Assembly: GCA_012295275.1 (NCBI GenBank)
Contig: CM022665.1
Location: 21,204,001-21,268,000 of the forward strand
Direction of reading: 5' to 3'
DNA: 64,000 nucleotides
Source: Chrysomallon squamiferum
Taxonomy: Eukaryota; Animalia; Mollusca
In this document: positions 32,501 to 45,700 of the stretch, piece after piece
How positions within the stretch are numbered: the stretch's first letter is position 1
How the letters are laid out: every line of letters begins with the position of its first letter
The notes under the pieces: model-generated
The model's input: the letters and a program-made list of their open reading frames with translations, nothing else
Databases searched by the model: none
Told to the model about the DNA's origin: nothing
Program-made: the position numbers and the translations under genes

Positions 32501-33499
32501 TTTCCAGGCTTTCCCTGAACAATATGTCAGTCAGCAGGTGAGTGGTGGATCTGAAGTGAAACATTAACCCTATATATCCTAACACTTTGCAGTGACAGTT
32601 AAACTCTGCTAGAGAAGTGATTTGTAAAGTGTTAATATGCTTCAGTCAGCACTGTGAAAAAAAGAAAAATCGAAATATTTCTTAATCTTTTCTTTGTGTT
32701 TTTAAGAGTTCATTTGTCTTTGAATATGTTTCTGAGAGAGAGAGTGAATGTGTGTGTGTGCACGTGCGTGCATGCGTGTTTGTGTGTGTGTGTGTGTGTG
32801 TGTGACAAAAATATCAGACGTAAGTATTTCAAGATAAGTTACCTCTTATGTGTTTGCCTTGGTTTTCTGTTATGATGTATATATTTCATTCTAGCTTTGA
32901 ATTTCGTTCATTTTCTTCTTTTTATTATACTTTTTTATTATTTATTTTAAACATTTATTAATTTAATTTATTTGTTCATTTATTTATTTTTATTTCATTT
33001 TTATTTCATTTTGAATTGTTTGTACAAAAAGCCATCAAAAAGTAATTATTTTGTTCTTAATTTTAAAATATAACTTTTTTCTTCTATTATTTAATATTTT
33101 ATTTAATTTTTTTAATTTATTTATTTTATTTTTATTATTTTTATATAATGGATTATTTGCTTTCTGAAATAATGAATTATTTTAATTTCATTAAGATGAA
33201 ATTAATAAATAAATAACGAGAGAAAAAACAGACAAAACCAAATGTATTTCGCAAAAAAATTAAAAATTAAAAATTAAAAAATAGAAAAAGAAAAAAGACT
33301 TGTAATGAATGTTTTTGAAATATCAATTTCAGAAGTAATGATTAAAAAATTGTTTTTATTAATAATTAAAGCAGACTTGAAAAGTGTGTTAATAAGAAAT
33401 CAGAAATCTTATTAATAATAAAAATTTCAACATCAAAAACAAAAACAAAAACCAGAATAATGTTAATACTAATATGACAGAAATAAGACACAATATTGT

Positions 33500-33537
<38 letters not shown>

Positions 33538-34207
33538 GTAATAATATCAGTAATAATAATAATAACAATAATAAAAATACTAATAGTAATAATAAATAAA
33601 TAAATAACAAACACTAATAAATACGAAGAAGAAGAATATAAACAGCAGCAACAACAACAACAACAATAATAAATAATAAAAATAATAAACAGTGATGACA
33701 AGTTTTGTTTTATTTATAGTCCAGCTCACAGAAACCTGGATATCGCCCTTTCTGACTTTCATGTAAGATCTGAGTAGGTGTAATATCATTTTGTATTTTT
33801 CACCTCTTTGTTTGGTGTGTTGTGTTTAGATTTGTATGTTTCAGTTTTGTTTTAAAGCACTTTTGTTTTGTTAGTTACTATTTTTTGTTGTACAACAAGG
33901 TAAGTTTTAGATCTGTTGATTATTGTTTTAGATTTTGTGACGTAGAAGCAAGAGAAATGCAGTTATGTACATGTTTGTGCCTTTTTCCTTCCTGTTTGCG
34001 TTGTAGTTAAAAGCTGGATTTTTATTTAATAAATATCTTTTGAATTCATCTGGAGAATTAATTTCATTAAATCTTAGAAATATCTGTTCCACACACCTCT
34101 GATTAAAATCATTAAATTATTATTATTACTATGATTATGATTACTACTACTGCTATTACTGCTACTACTGCTATTACTGCTGCTACTACTATTATTATTG
34201 TTATTGT

Positions 34208-34239
<32 letters not shown>

Positions 34240-35227
34240 CTACTACTACTATTATTATTATTATTATTATTATTTTAATTTTTATTTTAATGGTATTAGT
34301 AATTTCTAACCAGATAGTTGAAATGCCTAGAAATTGTTTAATTATGAGAAAATAATTAGAACTGGTTACCACACACATTGTTAAGTATCTCACAAACTCT
34401 TTAGTTTTAACAACAACATTTTTGTCAGTTTTCATTGTTTTTATTTGTTTAACTAATTTTTGTTCTGATTATTTTATTTTCTTATTTTTGTTTTGAATTC
34501 TTGTATCTTAAAGTTGAAGGTTTATAATGATCTTACATACAGAGAGAGATTATTTCATTATTTTATTTCATTTTTAATTTTTTTATTTATTAATGTTTAT
34601 TTATATATTTGTCAGAAAATCATATGTAATATTTAAGAATTGCTATCTCTCTATCTGTCTGTATGTGTGTATGTATGTATATGTATGTATATATATATAT
34701 CTGCAGCAGTAAATAACTTGTCTATATCATATCTGAAAAGTAATAAAATTTCCTTTGTAATTATTTTTAGACTAATTTGAAAGTGAACCAGTCTTAATAA
34801 ATTACATATTATTTATTGTATTTCTTTTATTACTGTAAAAAAATACAAAATTATTATTTTATTTTTCATTTATCTTTACTAACAAAAATTCAGAGACATA
34901 TTTTTCATCAGGTTGGTGTATTTATAAAGTAGTTGTGACAGACAGACTTACATACAGAGATATTAAAAATTACATACTGATAGATATATGCTCATCAGTA
35001 TATTTAAACACATGCAGAGACAGAAAGACAGACACACACACACCTTCACCTGTATTAATACACATACTTAAAACATTTTTTGGTGGGTTTTTTCACAGTC
35101 GAGTGGTTTTCGAGGTCATCAACCATATCAGACAAATCAGTTTAGACCTCAGAGTGGATACAGTCGACCGACTGCGGCAAACTCTCTGCGACAGAAGCGT
35201 GTCCAGTCTGCAAGACAGTACTACTAA
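22676..35227 (+). CDS. CEP126: Centrosomal protein CEP126 (KIAA1377)-like, about 1460 aa
   Basis: Exons: 22676-22695, 23534-23656, 23802-26523, 27361-27487, 27987-28913, 29286-29423, 29714-29785, 31444-31517, 32487-32537 (probable cassette), 35099-35227 (last exon; alternative 33720-33755). Phases consistent. Motifs match recalled vertebrate CEP126: N-terminal MLAG, ETNKRRK...ATERFQRANIP coiled coil, SESLSSIDSLDA, SILKK...IKDSLELT, C-terminal SALSLEEQKLLESLDRLNEKL. The 3' exons are less certain. Confidence 0.85.
22696..23533 (+). other. U12-type (minor spliceosome) GT-AG intron 1 of CEP126
   Basis: 5' splice site GTATCCTTTT (22696-22705); branch-site-like TCCTTAAT (23516-23523) ending 10 nt before the intron end; no polypyrimidine tract (CTTAAAAG). 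Splicing joins MLAGGYS to KHYKTMEKSK in frame. Confidence 0.88.
25006..25467 (+). repeat. Coding tandem repeat, 13 units of 33-36 bp (PHSSNVSGGSSM-like), in CEP126 exon 3
   Basis: Visible in both DNA and translation. Later units alternate as a 72-bp dimer (PHSSNISGGSTT / PHLSNVSGGSSM). Confidence 0.95.
29080..29235. repeat. About 32-bp minisatellite (TAATAAAACAATGTACTAATAAAGTTAGTAAA) in CEP126 intron 5
   Basis: Direct inspection, 4-5 copies. Confidence 0.8.
29875..30616. mobile_element. Non-autonomous DNA transposon (MITE), Kolobok-like
   Basis: TTAA on both sides (29871-29874, 30617-30620). Imperfect 20-bp TIRs GGGGACACACGTGGTGAAAA / TTTTCACCTAGCTTGTCCCC. A TTAA target with purine (GG) termini fits Kolobok better than piggyBac (CCY ends). 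No transposase ORF. Confidence 0.8.
30980..31470 (+). repeat. Five tandem degenerate copies of the CEP126 intron 7/exon 8 junction
   Basis: Unit AAAATAAT...TTTGTATTTTAG|TTAATGAAAGTAG-TATACC with acceptor positions 31007, 31106 (AG>GG), 31187, 31294 and 31443 (functional). Confidence 0.85.
33720..33755 (+). CDS. CEP126: Putative alternative proximal terminal exon of CEP126 (SSSQKPGYRPF*)
   Basis: Pyrimidine-rich acceptor TTTTGTTTTATTTATAG, phase-0 compatible, stop at 33753-33755, AATAAA at 34028-34033. Confidence 0.5.
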   Translation, partial: SSSQKPGYRPF

Positions 35228-35380
35228 AACAGTTCTGTGTAGTGATACCCTTACCAGATTCTCAGACAAGACAGTGTTAATTGTTCAGCTAAAAACGTCT
35301 GAAGATTTTTCTTTTTTTTTTCTTTAAACCTGTTGTAAATTTGACTGTTATCTAAATCTACTGACAATCATGCATGGTAG

Positions 35381-35381
<1 letters not shown>

Positions 35382-35413
<32 letters not shown>

Positions 35414-35429
35414 CTTCTTCTTCAATTTC

Positions 35430-35509
<80 letters not shown>

Positions 35510-35524
35510 CATCATCATCATCAC

Positions 35525-35558
<34 letters not shown>

Positions 35559-35577
35559 ATCGTCATCATCATTATCA

Positions 35578-35626
<49 letters not shown>

Positions 35627-35630
35627 ATTA
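35382..35630. repeat. Poly-T plus long (ATT/ATC)n microsatellite
   Basis: Direct inspection. Explains the poly-I/L/Y ORFs. Confidence 0.95.
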
Positions 35631-37879
35631 AGTATTTAAATTTATTACATTTTCTCTCACTTAATAATAATACGTGATATGATTTATGTGGAATTTTTAA
35701 AATACATCTTTATATATCTGTACTTGTGAAAGTGTGACCCCATAAGGCTGACTGAACGGCTGAAAACAGAGAGCAGTGATTTCCATCTGTTAGTATTTTC
35801 AGGCACTGTTCTAGAAAACTTCACATCGCAAAATTTCAGTGCTCACGGCAAAAGATAAGTGCCTTTAGCTATGAAGGTACAAACTTTCATATCAAAAATT
35901 TTCTGAATGAAATTCACTACTGTAGCCACATTGAACTGCTGAGAACTTTAGAAGTGGTATAAAAATATGTTTTAGTTTAGCGATGATTTTAAAGGATGTT
36001 TATAAACAAAAAAAATCTTATATTAAAAAGATTTATGGAAAGATCAAAGCGCTGGATTTTGGCTGTAGCATCACCTCGACATACAACAAGATATAATGAA
36101 TTTTAGTACAGCAAAAATAAATTTATTTATTTATGTCATTCATTACCAACAACTAACAATGAAGGGTTTTTTTTTTCATTCTTTTTTTCTTTTTTCTTAT
36201 TTTACATTGAAAAACACCAAAAATGTGTTTTTATTCTGGGTGTTTCTTGATCTCTTATTTTTAACTATGTTACTTTTAAAACGTTTTATTATCTAGAGCA
36301 GAAACTTTAATTAACTCGTTAACTAACCAAAAAGAAATTGTTTTTAGAAATGATGTATTCAGATTACATCCTGTGGATGACAAGTTTATATCTAGTATTA
36401 CATAATAATTAAATTATGTCCATTAATATTTAATGTGATGTGATATTTCCACGACATAACTGTCTCCATTTCATGTATCAAATATTATTCTAACCAAAGC
36501 ATATGATGTAAATATCAAGGGTGATATTAGAAAACACAGAGATTGTTGTTTCATTCACTCAAACATTAAGCTGAATGTTTTAAAACAGGAAGGCTCCGGG
36601 ATCAAATCTAGCTGCCTGCTCCATCACACTAATAGTAACAATAGACGTTAACAAATAAAACATTGTTCTGAACTGTCTGCCCTTGACTGATAAACACTTC
36701 TTTAAATGATTGATTCTTTGTTTACCAAGTTTGTACATAAAACTGTGATATATATCTTAAATGAAGATAAATTTAAAACTGTAGAAAGTTAGGTTATTCC
36801 ATAGTTTGATTCCATGATTCTTTAGTTACTAAGTATCTGTGACGATTATCTATGTCCCATAATTCATGTTTGTTCCATATTCTACATTAGTACCTATTTT
36901 AAGTTACTAATACGTCATAATCTACATTCCATATCCAATATTTTGTTTTCATATACAATCTATAATAATTAGTAATAAACTGGTAGAGTAATTTATTTTT
37001 TATTTTTATTATTTTTAGTTTTTTTTTTGTCCCCCATATTGTGTCAGTTTTGAGACTTTTAATTGTCCCATTAATTAGCTTTCATTTATTTGTAATTTCC
37101 TCTATTTATATTTTAATATACTTGTTGATTATTTTTTTTAATCATAAATTATCTCAGTTGTATATTCTTCTTTCATTCCATGATTCTTCTGTTTCATAAA
37201 CAGTATTTTTATTATTCAAGTCAGTAGAATAAATCTTTTGATGTTCAGTTCCATGAAAAATTTGTCAGAATAGAATTCACTCCGGTAGCCATGTTAAACT
37301 ATTAATAACTTTCAAACTAGTTAGAAAAGCATTGTATATATTTTTTTCATTTCTTAATTGGATTATTATTTAAAAAAAATTTAAAGAGTGTATTTAATTT
37401 TATTATTCAAGTAAATAGTTTATTATTTATTTATCCATGTTTGTCTCATTCCATATATTGTTGTTGTTATTATTATGTGGTTATATGACTTTATTTTTTA
37501 TTGTTATTAATTTATTTATTTTAATAAATTTTCTTAATTTTTCTTAATTTTAATTTTACAGAAAACAATGAAATGTTCTGAAGGAGATATTTTACTTTTA
37601 AACAAAATGGAATGAAATCTTGATTTAGATAATTCTGGAACTGAAAGATATATTTCTTTTTTTCTTTTACTTCTACTCAGTTATTACCTAAAGAAAAATT
37701 ATATCGGTGTTTTAACCTAGTTTTAATCTAAATATTTGGCATTTTCATCATTTCAAAGATAATAATTCTTTAATTTACATATTCAAAAGAAGTACACATA
37801 TTTACTTTTTTTTATCATTTTGTAAATTACATATTTCTTTGTTCAAACTTTTTAAATTTTATTTTTTTATATATATTTA

Positions 37880-37943
<64 letters not shown>

Positions 37944-38612
37944 TTTATATAATTTATTAATTTATTTATTTATAATGTATTAGTAGTTGCAATACTACTA
38001 CTACTACTGCTATATATTAATTAATTAGTATAAGTGTCTTATACCTTTTTAAAATTAATTATGTTTTATTTCACAGAGTATGTATTGATATCAGTTACCA
38101 AATTACATTTTACATGTGCTGTTATGTCTTAACTGTTTTTGTTGATATAATCATTCCGTCCATTTTAACTGTTTATATATATATATATTTATTCATTATT
38201 AATTAAATATTGTGTCTGTGATAATAATTTTTAAAACTGTGTCTACTTGTTTGTTTTTTATGTAAAGTTTAATTTTAAAAACACATTTTTTTTTAGAATA
38301 GCAGTAATGTTGAATTACAAAAATACTGATTTTTAGAGGGTAATTTATGTTATTAGTTTAAAAATGTTTAAATATTTCTGCTCAGTACATTTATTAGTTA
38401 CAGATAAAAAGAAATTAGCTTATTTATGTAGAAATAATCTCTACATATTGTATTAATGTTCTTAATTTTTGCTTACTTATTTTTGTTTAAATAATTAATT
38501 ATATTGTCAAAAAGCCTTCTTATAAAAGACAAGTTTTAATAATTATAACATTTATCTTTTTAATTATTTTTTATTTTATTTTATTTGTTTATTTTTTATA
38601 TTTTTTATTAAT

Positions 38613-38665
<53 letters not shown>

Positions 38666-38747
38666 TTATTTTAAATCTTATTTTTATCTACCTGCTTGGG
38701 AGGACAAATTTTTACTTTTTTTTTTTACAAAAGATTCTATTTAAAAC

Positions 38748-38780
<33 letters not shown>

Positions 38781-40004
38781 ATATTTTTCTCATTACTTAC
38801 TGAAATATAGTTTAAAATAATATTAAAAAATAATAATAAAAAATAAATAAATAAATAAAAAAATATAAAATTATAATTTAACATGGTGCCTTATTGAATA
38901 ATCAATTTTCTTAATTTTCACAATTTAAACATTTTATTGTTATAATGCATTGTAACAATGCTTTATTATGATTATAATTAGTATTGTCATAGTAATATAT
39001 TATTTGTCAACAGAGAATATTTATTTAAATTTTTATTAAGATTATAAAATAGATAAAAGCATATTCCATCACTTGAAATGGGAAAGAAAAATTAACATTG
39101 GAGAAAATTGTTTTCATTCTGAATTTATAGTTCTGAAAGTATAATTTATTTCTGTTTTATTAATGAAAATTTTAGTTTTATGTTATTTAAGGTATATTAA
39201 GTTGTTAAAAAATATTCTGTTTTATGTTGCATTTATTATAAAAAAAATTCAGATGTATTTTCATAATAAAAGTGATTTATGTAGATTTATTTTCTGTTTT
39301 GTTAATTAATTGATACTGCACTTGCTTCATTATTATTAATATTTATTTACTTATTTACTTGTTTATTTATTTATTTACTTATATATTCTTTATTTATGTT
39401 TCACAATACTGTTTTATTTTTCAATTTATTTATATTCTAAAGAAACAACAAAAAAAGCCTTTGCTTAGTTATAAGTCCTTTTAAATGTTTTAGTCTAAGC
39501 TTTAATCATAATATATATTCACCTCAGAGCACAACAGTATACTCTATATTTATTTATCACTGAACCAAAATCACCTTTCAAGTTTATAATTTCTCAATAA
39601 TATTTTAATTTTATGTTTATTGTAAAAGTAAACTATTTTTATGGCAGTAGATATTTTGATATTTTATGTGATGTAAATTTGTGTAAATAAAAAAAAAATA
39701 TATCATTTTAATTACAGTTGAAAGACAAAGACTTAAATATTTTTGATGTTGTAAATTTTAACTTTCTAGTTTTATACACAAGTGCCTTCATTCCTAGAAT
39801 AAATAAAACTGCTGATTTTCTATTTAAATATCAGAAATTACAAACACAGATTATTTATTACATTACAGATTTCTTTTTTCACTTCCATTTCAATGTGCTT
39901 TGTTAAATTAAACCAGAATTAATCAACAATTAATAAACATAATTTTTGTTGTTTAGAGTATTTTAATTTTTGTATGATGAAGTCATGGCCTGATTTTGAT
40001 AAAG

Positions 40005-40445
40005 AAAGTTCAAACTATTTAAAAACTATAAAGTTTCTGTTGAGATAAGGAAAGTATAAACTATTGAAAATTGTAAAGAGTTTTTCTAAAGAGAATAAAA
40101 ATTTAAACTTGAAATCTGTTCTGTTCCTGTTTACATAAAAGCTTAAACTGCTAAAAATTGTAAATTTCCATTTAGGTAAGGATTTTAAACTATTGAAAAT
40201 TGTAAATTTCCTCTTTAGGTAAGGAAAGTGTAAACTTGAAAATTGTAAAGTCCCTGTTTAGATGAGGAAAGTTTAAACTAGTGAAAATTGTAAAGACTGT
40301 TTTTTTCTAAAGATAAGAAAAGTAAAGTATTGAAAACTATACTATTCCTGTTTACATAAGACAAACAGTTGAAAATTGTAAAAAGAAAGTTGAAACTATT
40401 GAAAATTGTAAAGTTTCTGTTTAGGTAAGGAAAGTTTAAACTGTA
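40005..40445. repeat. About 40-45-bp degenerate minisatellite (AAACTATTGAAAATTGTAAAGTTTCTGTTTAGGTAAGGAAAGTTT), about 10 copies
   Basis: Direct inspection. Confidence 0.85.
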
Positions 40446-41813
40446 TCTTAACTGAATGATGTTATGTAAATCAGACTTGATCCTACAAACCCAATCTACC
40501 ACATTTTTCAAGTCTTTCACTTAACAACAGCATGCCATTATAAGGTTTTCACTTGAAAAGTTCTGTTTCACTTAGAATATCCACACTTGTTTTTAATGGC
40601 ATCCTTTTTTAGTGAAGGAAACTGAATTTGTTTCATGGATATTTTTTGTTCTACAGCAGCAGCATGTAAATTTAATACAATCGAAGTCCGACAGATAGCT
40701 GGTTGACTTAAAGTGAGGGAATATGGAAGTTTATTATAGTAACTAATAACAAAGAGTATATTTGTTTCTATTCATTTTATTTATTTATTGTTATTATTTT
40801 TTATTATTATTATTATTATTTTTTTTTTGTTAATTTTTATTTAATAACTTACAGAGGTTTAATTCTGAAAACATATATAAACTTTTTCATTTTGTATTTA
40901 AATTTATTTGTTGACCTTCAGAATCTTGATAAGAAAGTAGATTCTTTGGCTTTTCTATTAATTTACATTTACAAAAATTTATTTCAGTAAATTTAATGGA
41001 TTGTTTCAGTTATAAAACTGGTTAGAAAAAGTATTCATAATAATGCCCTTCAAAATGTTAATTATCTTTGTCTATTGATGTTTTTAATAAATTAGTTTTT
41101 ATTTCTTTCTGGAGTTTTGTGAAATCTTCAAGAGTGTAAATAATACCTGTGGTACATGTTGTTTTATATATTGTTATCTACACACACCTGCATTTCAAAT
41201 TACATTTGCCCAGGTGCAATGCTGGAAAGTTATTTAACTTTAGTTTTGTCTGGTATGATTTTGAAATAAATAACTATTTTCAGTAACTGCTTTTGTTTTT
41301 TTCCGCTGGTAATATTCATTCTAAATAATTATTTTCAAATTTCACATTTTTTATTTTTGTGTTATTTCGCTACTATACAATCGGCTGTATTTTCATTTGA
41401 TAACCCAAAACATTAATACATGTTTTTTCATTTTGTTTTTTTACTGATAGGAGCATCCTTCAGGTCAGACATTATCAACATTTTAACCCATTAATTTGTA
41501 TTTACTTATTTACTGTTATTTTAATTTATTAATATAATGTCTATGTACCAAAAAAAATAAAATATATATATATATATAAATAAAATAAATACTACTACTA
41601 CTAATAATAATAATGCAAATAAAAATAATGTGAAAGCCCTGTTATTGTCATTGAAATAATAGGCCTTCTTTAGCTGAAGCAATTCTTAAAGACATCATTA
41701 AAACATTTTTAAACAACAAATAAGTAATTTGCAGAATGTAAAATATAAATAACCAATAAAAATGTTTCCTTATATTATAACAAAACAACCAATCATTTGC
41801 TTATTTTCATGTC

Positions 41814-41819
41814 TTTATT
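41814..41819 (-). terminator. Candidate polyadenylation signal of CEP162
   Basis: AATAAA on the minus strand about 1 kb past the stop, with a T/GT-rich downstream tract, close to the T/A skew inversion at about 41.55 kb. Confidence 0.35.
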
Positions 41820-42216
41820 AAGTTTTGAATAGGAATACAAAAATAAATAAATAAATAAATGCTATTTACAAGGTTGGGATATAAAATATATTTATGTCTG
41901 TACAAAATTTCTTTCATTAAAAATAGCATCTGTGATGTTTCACCTTAGCAAAAAACAAACAAAACCCCCTCAAATAAGAAAAACAAAGGTTAAAAATAAT
42001 AATAATAATAATAATAACAATAAAGGGAAAAATAAATTAATGCTGACTTGCAAAAATCATGAAAGATGGGAAAAGTAGTTTTACTAAGAATTCATTTATT
42101 CTGAGTACTCCAGAATAAATCAAAATGTTTTTGTTTGTATTTTTTCCCCCTTATTTTCTTTTTATATTGAACTATAATGCCCATCTAACTGTGTTTAAGT
42201 ACTTTTCTGGCCTTAC

Positions 42217-42280
42217 AATGAATGAATGTTTAACAACATCCCAGCATGGAAAAACATCAGCTACTGGGTGTCAGACAGAG
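42217..42280. mobile_element. Fragment of a mollusc SINE-like interspersed repeat in the CEP162 3' UTR
   Basis: AATGAATGAATGTTTAACAACATCCCAGCATGGAAAAACATCAGCTACTGGGTGTCAGAC resembles a repeat I recall from mollusc genomes (GAATGAATGTTTAACGACACCCCAGCAC..CATCGGCTATTGGGTGTCAAAC), with CpG-type decay. Recollection only. Confidence 0.55.
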
Positions 42281-42779
42281 ACATAAAAATAATTTATATA
42301 TAAAATTAAATAGTACAAAAGCCTTAAAACGGCTTCAGTTTCTCAAATTAATGTCATAACTTGAATATCTTTTCTGTTAAGATTGCTTCCTTAATGATGT
42401 AAAATACTGATACATTCAGCTTAACCTTTGGAAACTGGGTAACGTCCAATCTGGGATGACAGATGGGTATAATCCAGAAAAAGGAATGAAGTAATCTTAA
42501 CAAAAATCTGAAATACTAATTCTGATAAGCAGAACCACAAGGCACATTCTTTACAGACATCAAGACCCTTGATTGAAAGTTATTTTGATTATACATGAAT
42601 ATTCAAAGTTAAATAATATTGTTGACAATATTAGAAAGTACATTAATAAGTATGATGGACAGTTTAAATTGTTTTTATCACAATAATCATAATTAAAAAA
42701 GAAAAAAAAAATGTCTTCTTTGGCTTTCCTCAAAATAATTGCTCTGTTTTTGCTCAGTGTTTTTAACACAAATCTTTCA

Positions 42780-45700
42780 TCAGCTAACTGGCAGCACAAC
42801 ACCCTGTGACTGTAAGACTCGCAGAACATCGAGAATCGAGTCCAGCTCCGCACGAAACTTTTGAATTTCCTGATTTTTGACATCAACAATGCGTTTCCAC
42901 TTGTTGACTTCTTCGCGGAGTTCAGTCGATGCGACTAGCTGGGTGTTACGAATCATCTGCTGCAGTTCTTTCTCCCGCTGTTCATGTCTCTTCTCCAGCT
43001 GAATTACCTTCTCCTGAATTGATTCAAAGTGTCGCATCTCCTAGACAAGTAAATGATCTTATTATCTGTTTGTGTTATGACTGGATTTTTGTTTTCAGAG
43101 ATAGTGTTCATGTAGTGTCTTTATCTGTCCGATGTGTATTTGTGTCTGTTATGAGTGGTTACATTCAAGTAATATGAATTTATCAGTCAGATATGTGTGT
43201 GTGTGTGTATGCGTGTGTGATGTGTTTATTATAAGTATGTATACTTATTAATGCGTACGTATAGGTTTTTGGGCCAAATACAAAAAGTAAACTAATAATT
43301 TAAAAGATAAAATAAATTATGAAACCTTTCATCTCACAATCAAGAATTTAACTTTGATGTTTTTCTTTTTCAGATATATTTTATTGATGAAAAGTGTTGT
43401 AATATTTTAATAGAAGATAAAGTTTGGAGACAGATGTTTCTTCAGTTGCTTTCTTCTTTGTGTCGGAGAGTGTGTGTTTTATCTTTTGTGCAGTCTTTTT
43501 TTGTAAATAGAAAGTTGTCCAGATTCCTCTATTTTTCATTATTTATTTATTTATTTATATATTTATTTACATGTGTGCTTGCTTTTTTATTTATTAACTT
43601 ATGTAATTGTTTATCTATTTATTTACTTAATATACTTATTTATTTATTTATTCTATTATTTATTTGTTTATTTAAACTCACTGGTGTATGGCTCTTCTTT
43701 GCTTCTCTCAGTAGTTCTTGTAGTTTCTCTACCTGAGTTTCTAGTGTGGTTTTCTGTATTTTTAATACTGAGATTTGTTCAGAGTCTGCAGAACACTGAG
43801 CCAGCTGTTCCTGAAGATGATGTATCATCACCTGAAAACAAACATCAGTCCACTGAGTCACTTCATGAAAAAAAAAAAAATGATTTCATGAAAAGAGTTA
43901 AGATTTTACAGAGAGATAAAATTTCAGGAAAAAAGGTGGAAAAGATACCAGGAAAAAACATGATAAAATTTTAGGAAAGGTAAGATTTCACAAAAAAGAG
44001 AATATTTCATGAGAAGAAAAAAGCAACAGATCATATCATAACCCTGTGGTTAACATGCTCATTAAGGATATTTAGTGTATTTTCCAATTTAAAATGTCAG
44101 TATCAAAATTTAATTTTTTAACAATTATCAGGTGTCAATTATATGAGATTTTAAAATAATACAAAAACATACAAGAAAAGAAATTTGCTGTCACAACATC
44201 TGAAAAATGTCTCTAGCATGAATAATTCTGTGATAACTTGGAGAATGACAACTATAGTGAGTACAATTCTAACACTAACTCTGAGAGAAAATAAAGACGA
44301 GAAAAACTTACTTCTTGTGTGTCACACTTGCTCTGTAACTCTGCCAGTTTTGATGTGGAATGTTGTAATGCATGTTCAGTCAGTAGTGAGTGGATCTGAT
44401 TCTGATGATATGCTCGTAACTTTTCTATCTGAAAATTTAAAATGAATCTTAAATTACAATTAAATATTTCACATTCTGTTACTGAAATCTAAGAACATTG
44501 TAACAAAAGTGTAAAAACTCTGAAGAAGAAAAGTATGGATTTTGAAATAATTTTCCTGTGAATGATAATTCTTGATTATCAATAACTACCACCAAAAAAA
44601 TAAATAAATTATTTATTTTATAAAATCTATTATCAGAAATTTATTTATTTATTCATTTTATTTAATTATATATTTTTAATTTACTTTTATTATTATTTTA
44701 TTATTATTATTATTATTGTTATTTTTATTATTATTATTATTTTGCAGTTTTTGTTGCTTTTAATGTCAAATCAATGTCAACAAATATCCCTTTTTCTAAC
44801 AATATATATTTAAAAAACAAAACAAATATTATATACCTTTTTAATAATATTTTTACTAAAATTCACAAATATTTAGACACACACTTTTTTCATATAGGGA
44901 ATAACTCGTTAGTCTTAAAATGTTAGATGATGGTGAGAACGCTGAACTGCAACGAGGCTCTGCTGAGCTGAATTCAACATCTGATCTGAACAAGTAACCT
45001 TCAACAATATATGCAAATGTGTATGTAAATGTATATATATATAATGTATATAATTATGTAAATGTATATTTGTGACATTGTTTTTACCTGTTCTTCATAC
45101 TCCTCTCTGGTCTGTCTCAGAGAAAACTCACTCTCAGCCAATGCCTTGCTTAGCTCCACTCTCTGCTGATCTAACGCTAACTGCAAATCATCAACCTGAA
45201 AACATTTTAAACTTTATAAAATAAATATATTTTAACAAAACATCAACAAATATTAATAATGATCAATTTTTTTTTAACAAAACATCAATAAATATTAATA
45301 TTAATGAAAATGTTTTAGTCAAAGCGTATTAATATTAATCAAAATATTTAACAATCTCAACACATTAATATTAATCAAAATATTTTAACAAACCTTCAAC
45401 ACATTCAATATTCATAAAAATATTATAGCCAACTTTAATATTAATCAAGTGTAAAATAAAAAATCTATTTACAATTAGATGACAAAAGAAATGTGTTTCT
45501 GTCCACATATATTTTTATATTGAGAGTAATTTATTTTTTGTGATTTTTATAACGATAATATAAAAATTTATGTTTGCTGGTATTCTATGGCTGTTTAGTA
45601 ACAAGAATTCTGTTATTATTCTTTTCAGTGATAAACAGTTACATCATAACCTTCAGCACACTGAGCATGGACTGTATTCTAAACCTGATTTAACTCAAAG

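Noticed and set aside
34935-35327. 130-aa ORF in the track
   Set aside because: Wrong frame over the CEP126 last exon (35099-35227) plus flanking intron and UTR.
35715-36095. Higher-complexity block after the CEP126 stop
   Set aside because: No supportable exon, RNA family or transposon termini. Left as unassigned 3' UTR sequence.
36585-36665. Possible tRNA-derived SINE remnant (CCGGGATCAAATCT B-box-like; GACGTTAACAAATAAA tail)
   Set aside because: Too short and degenerate. No A box or cloverleaf.
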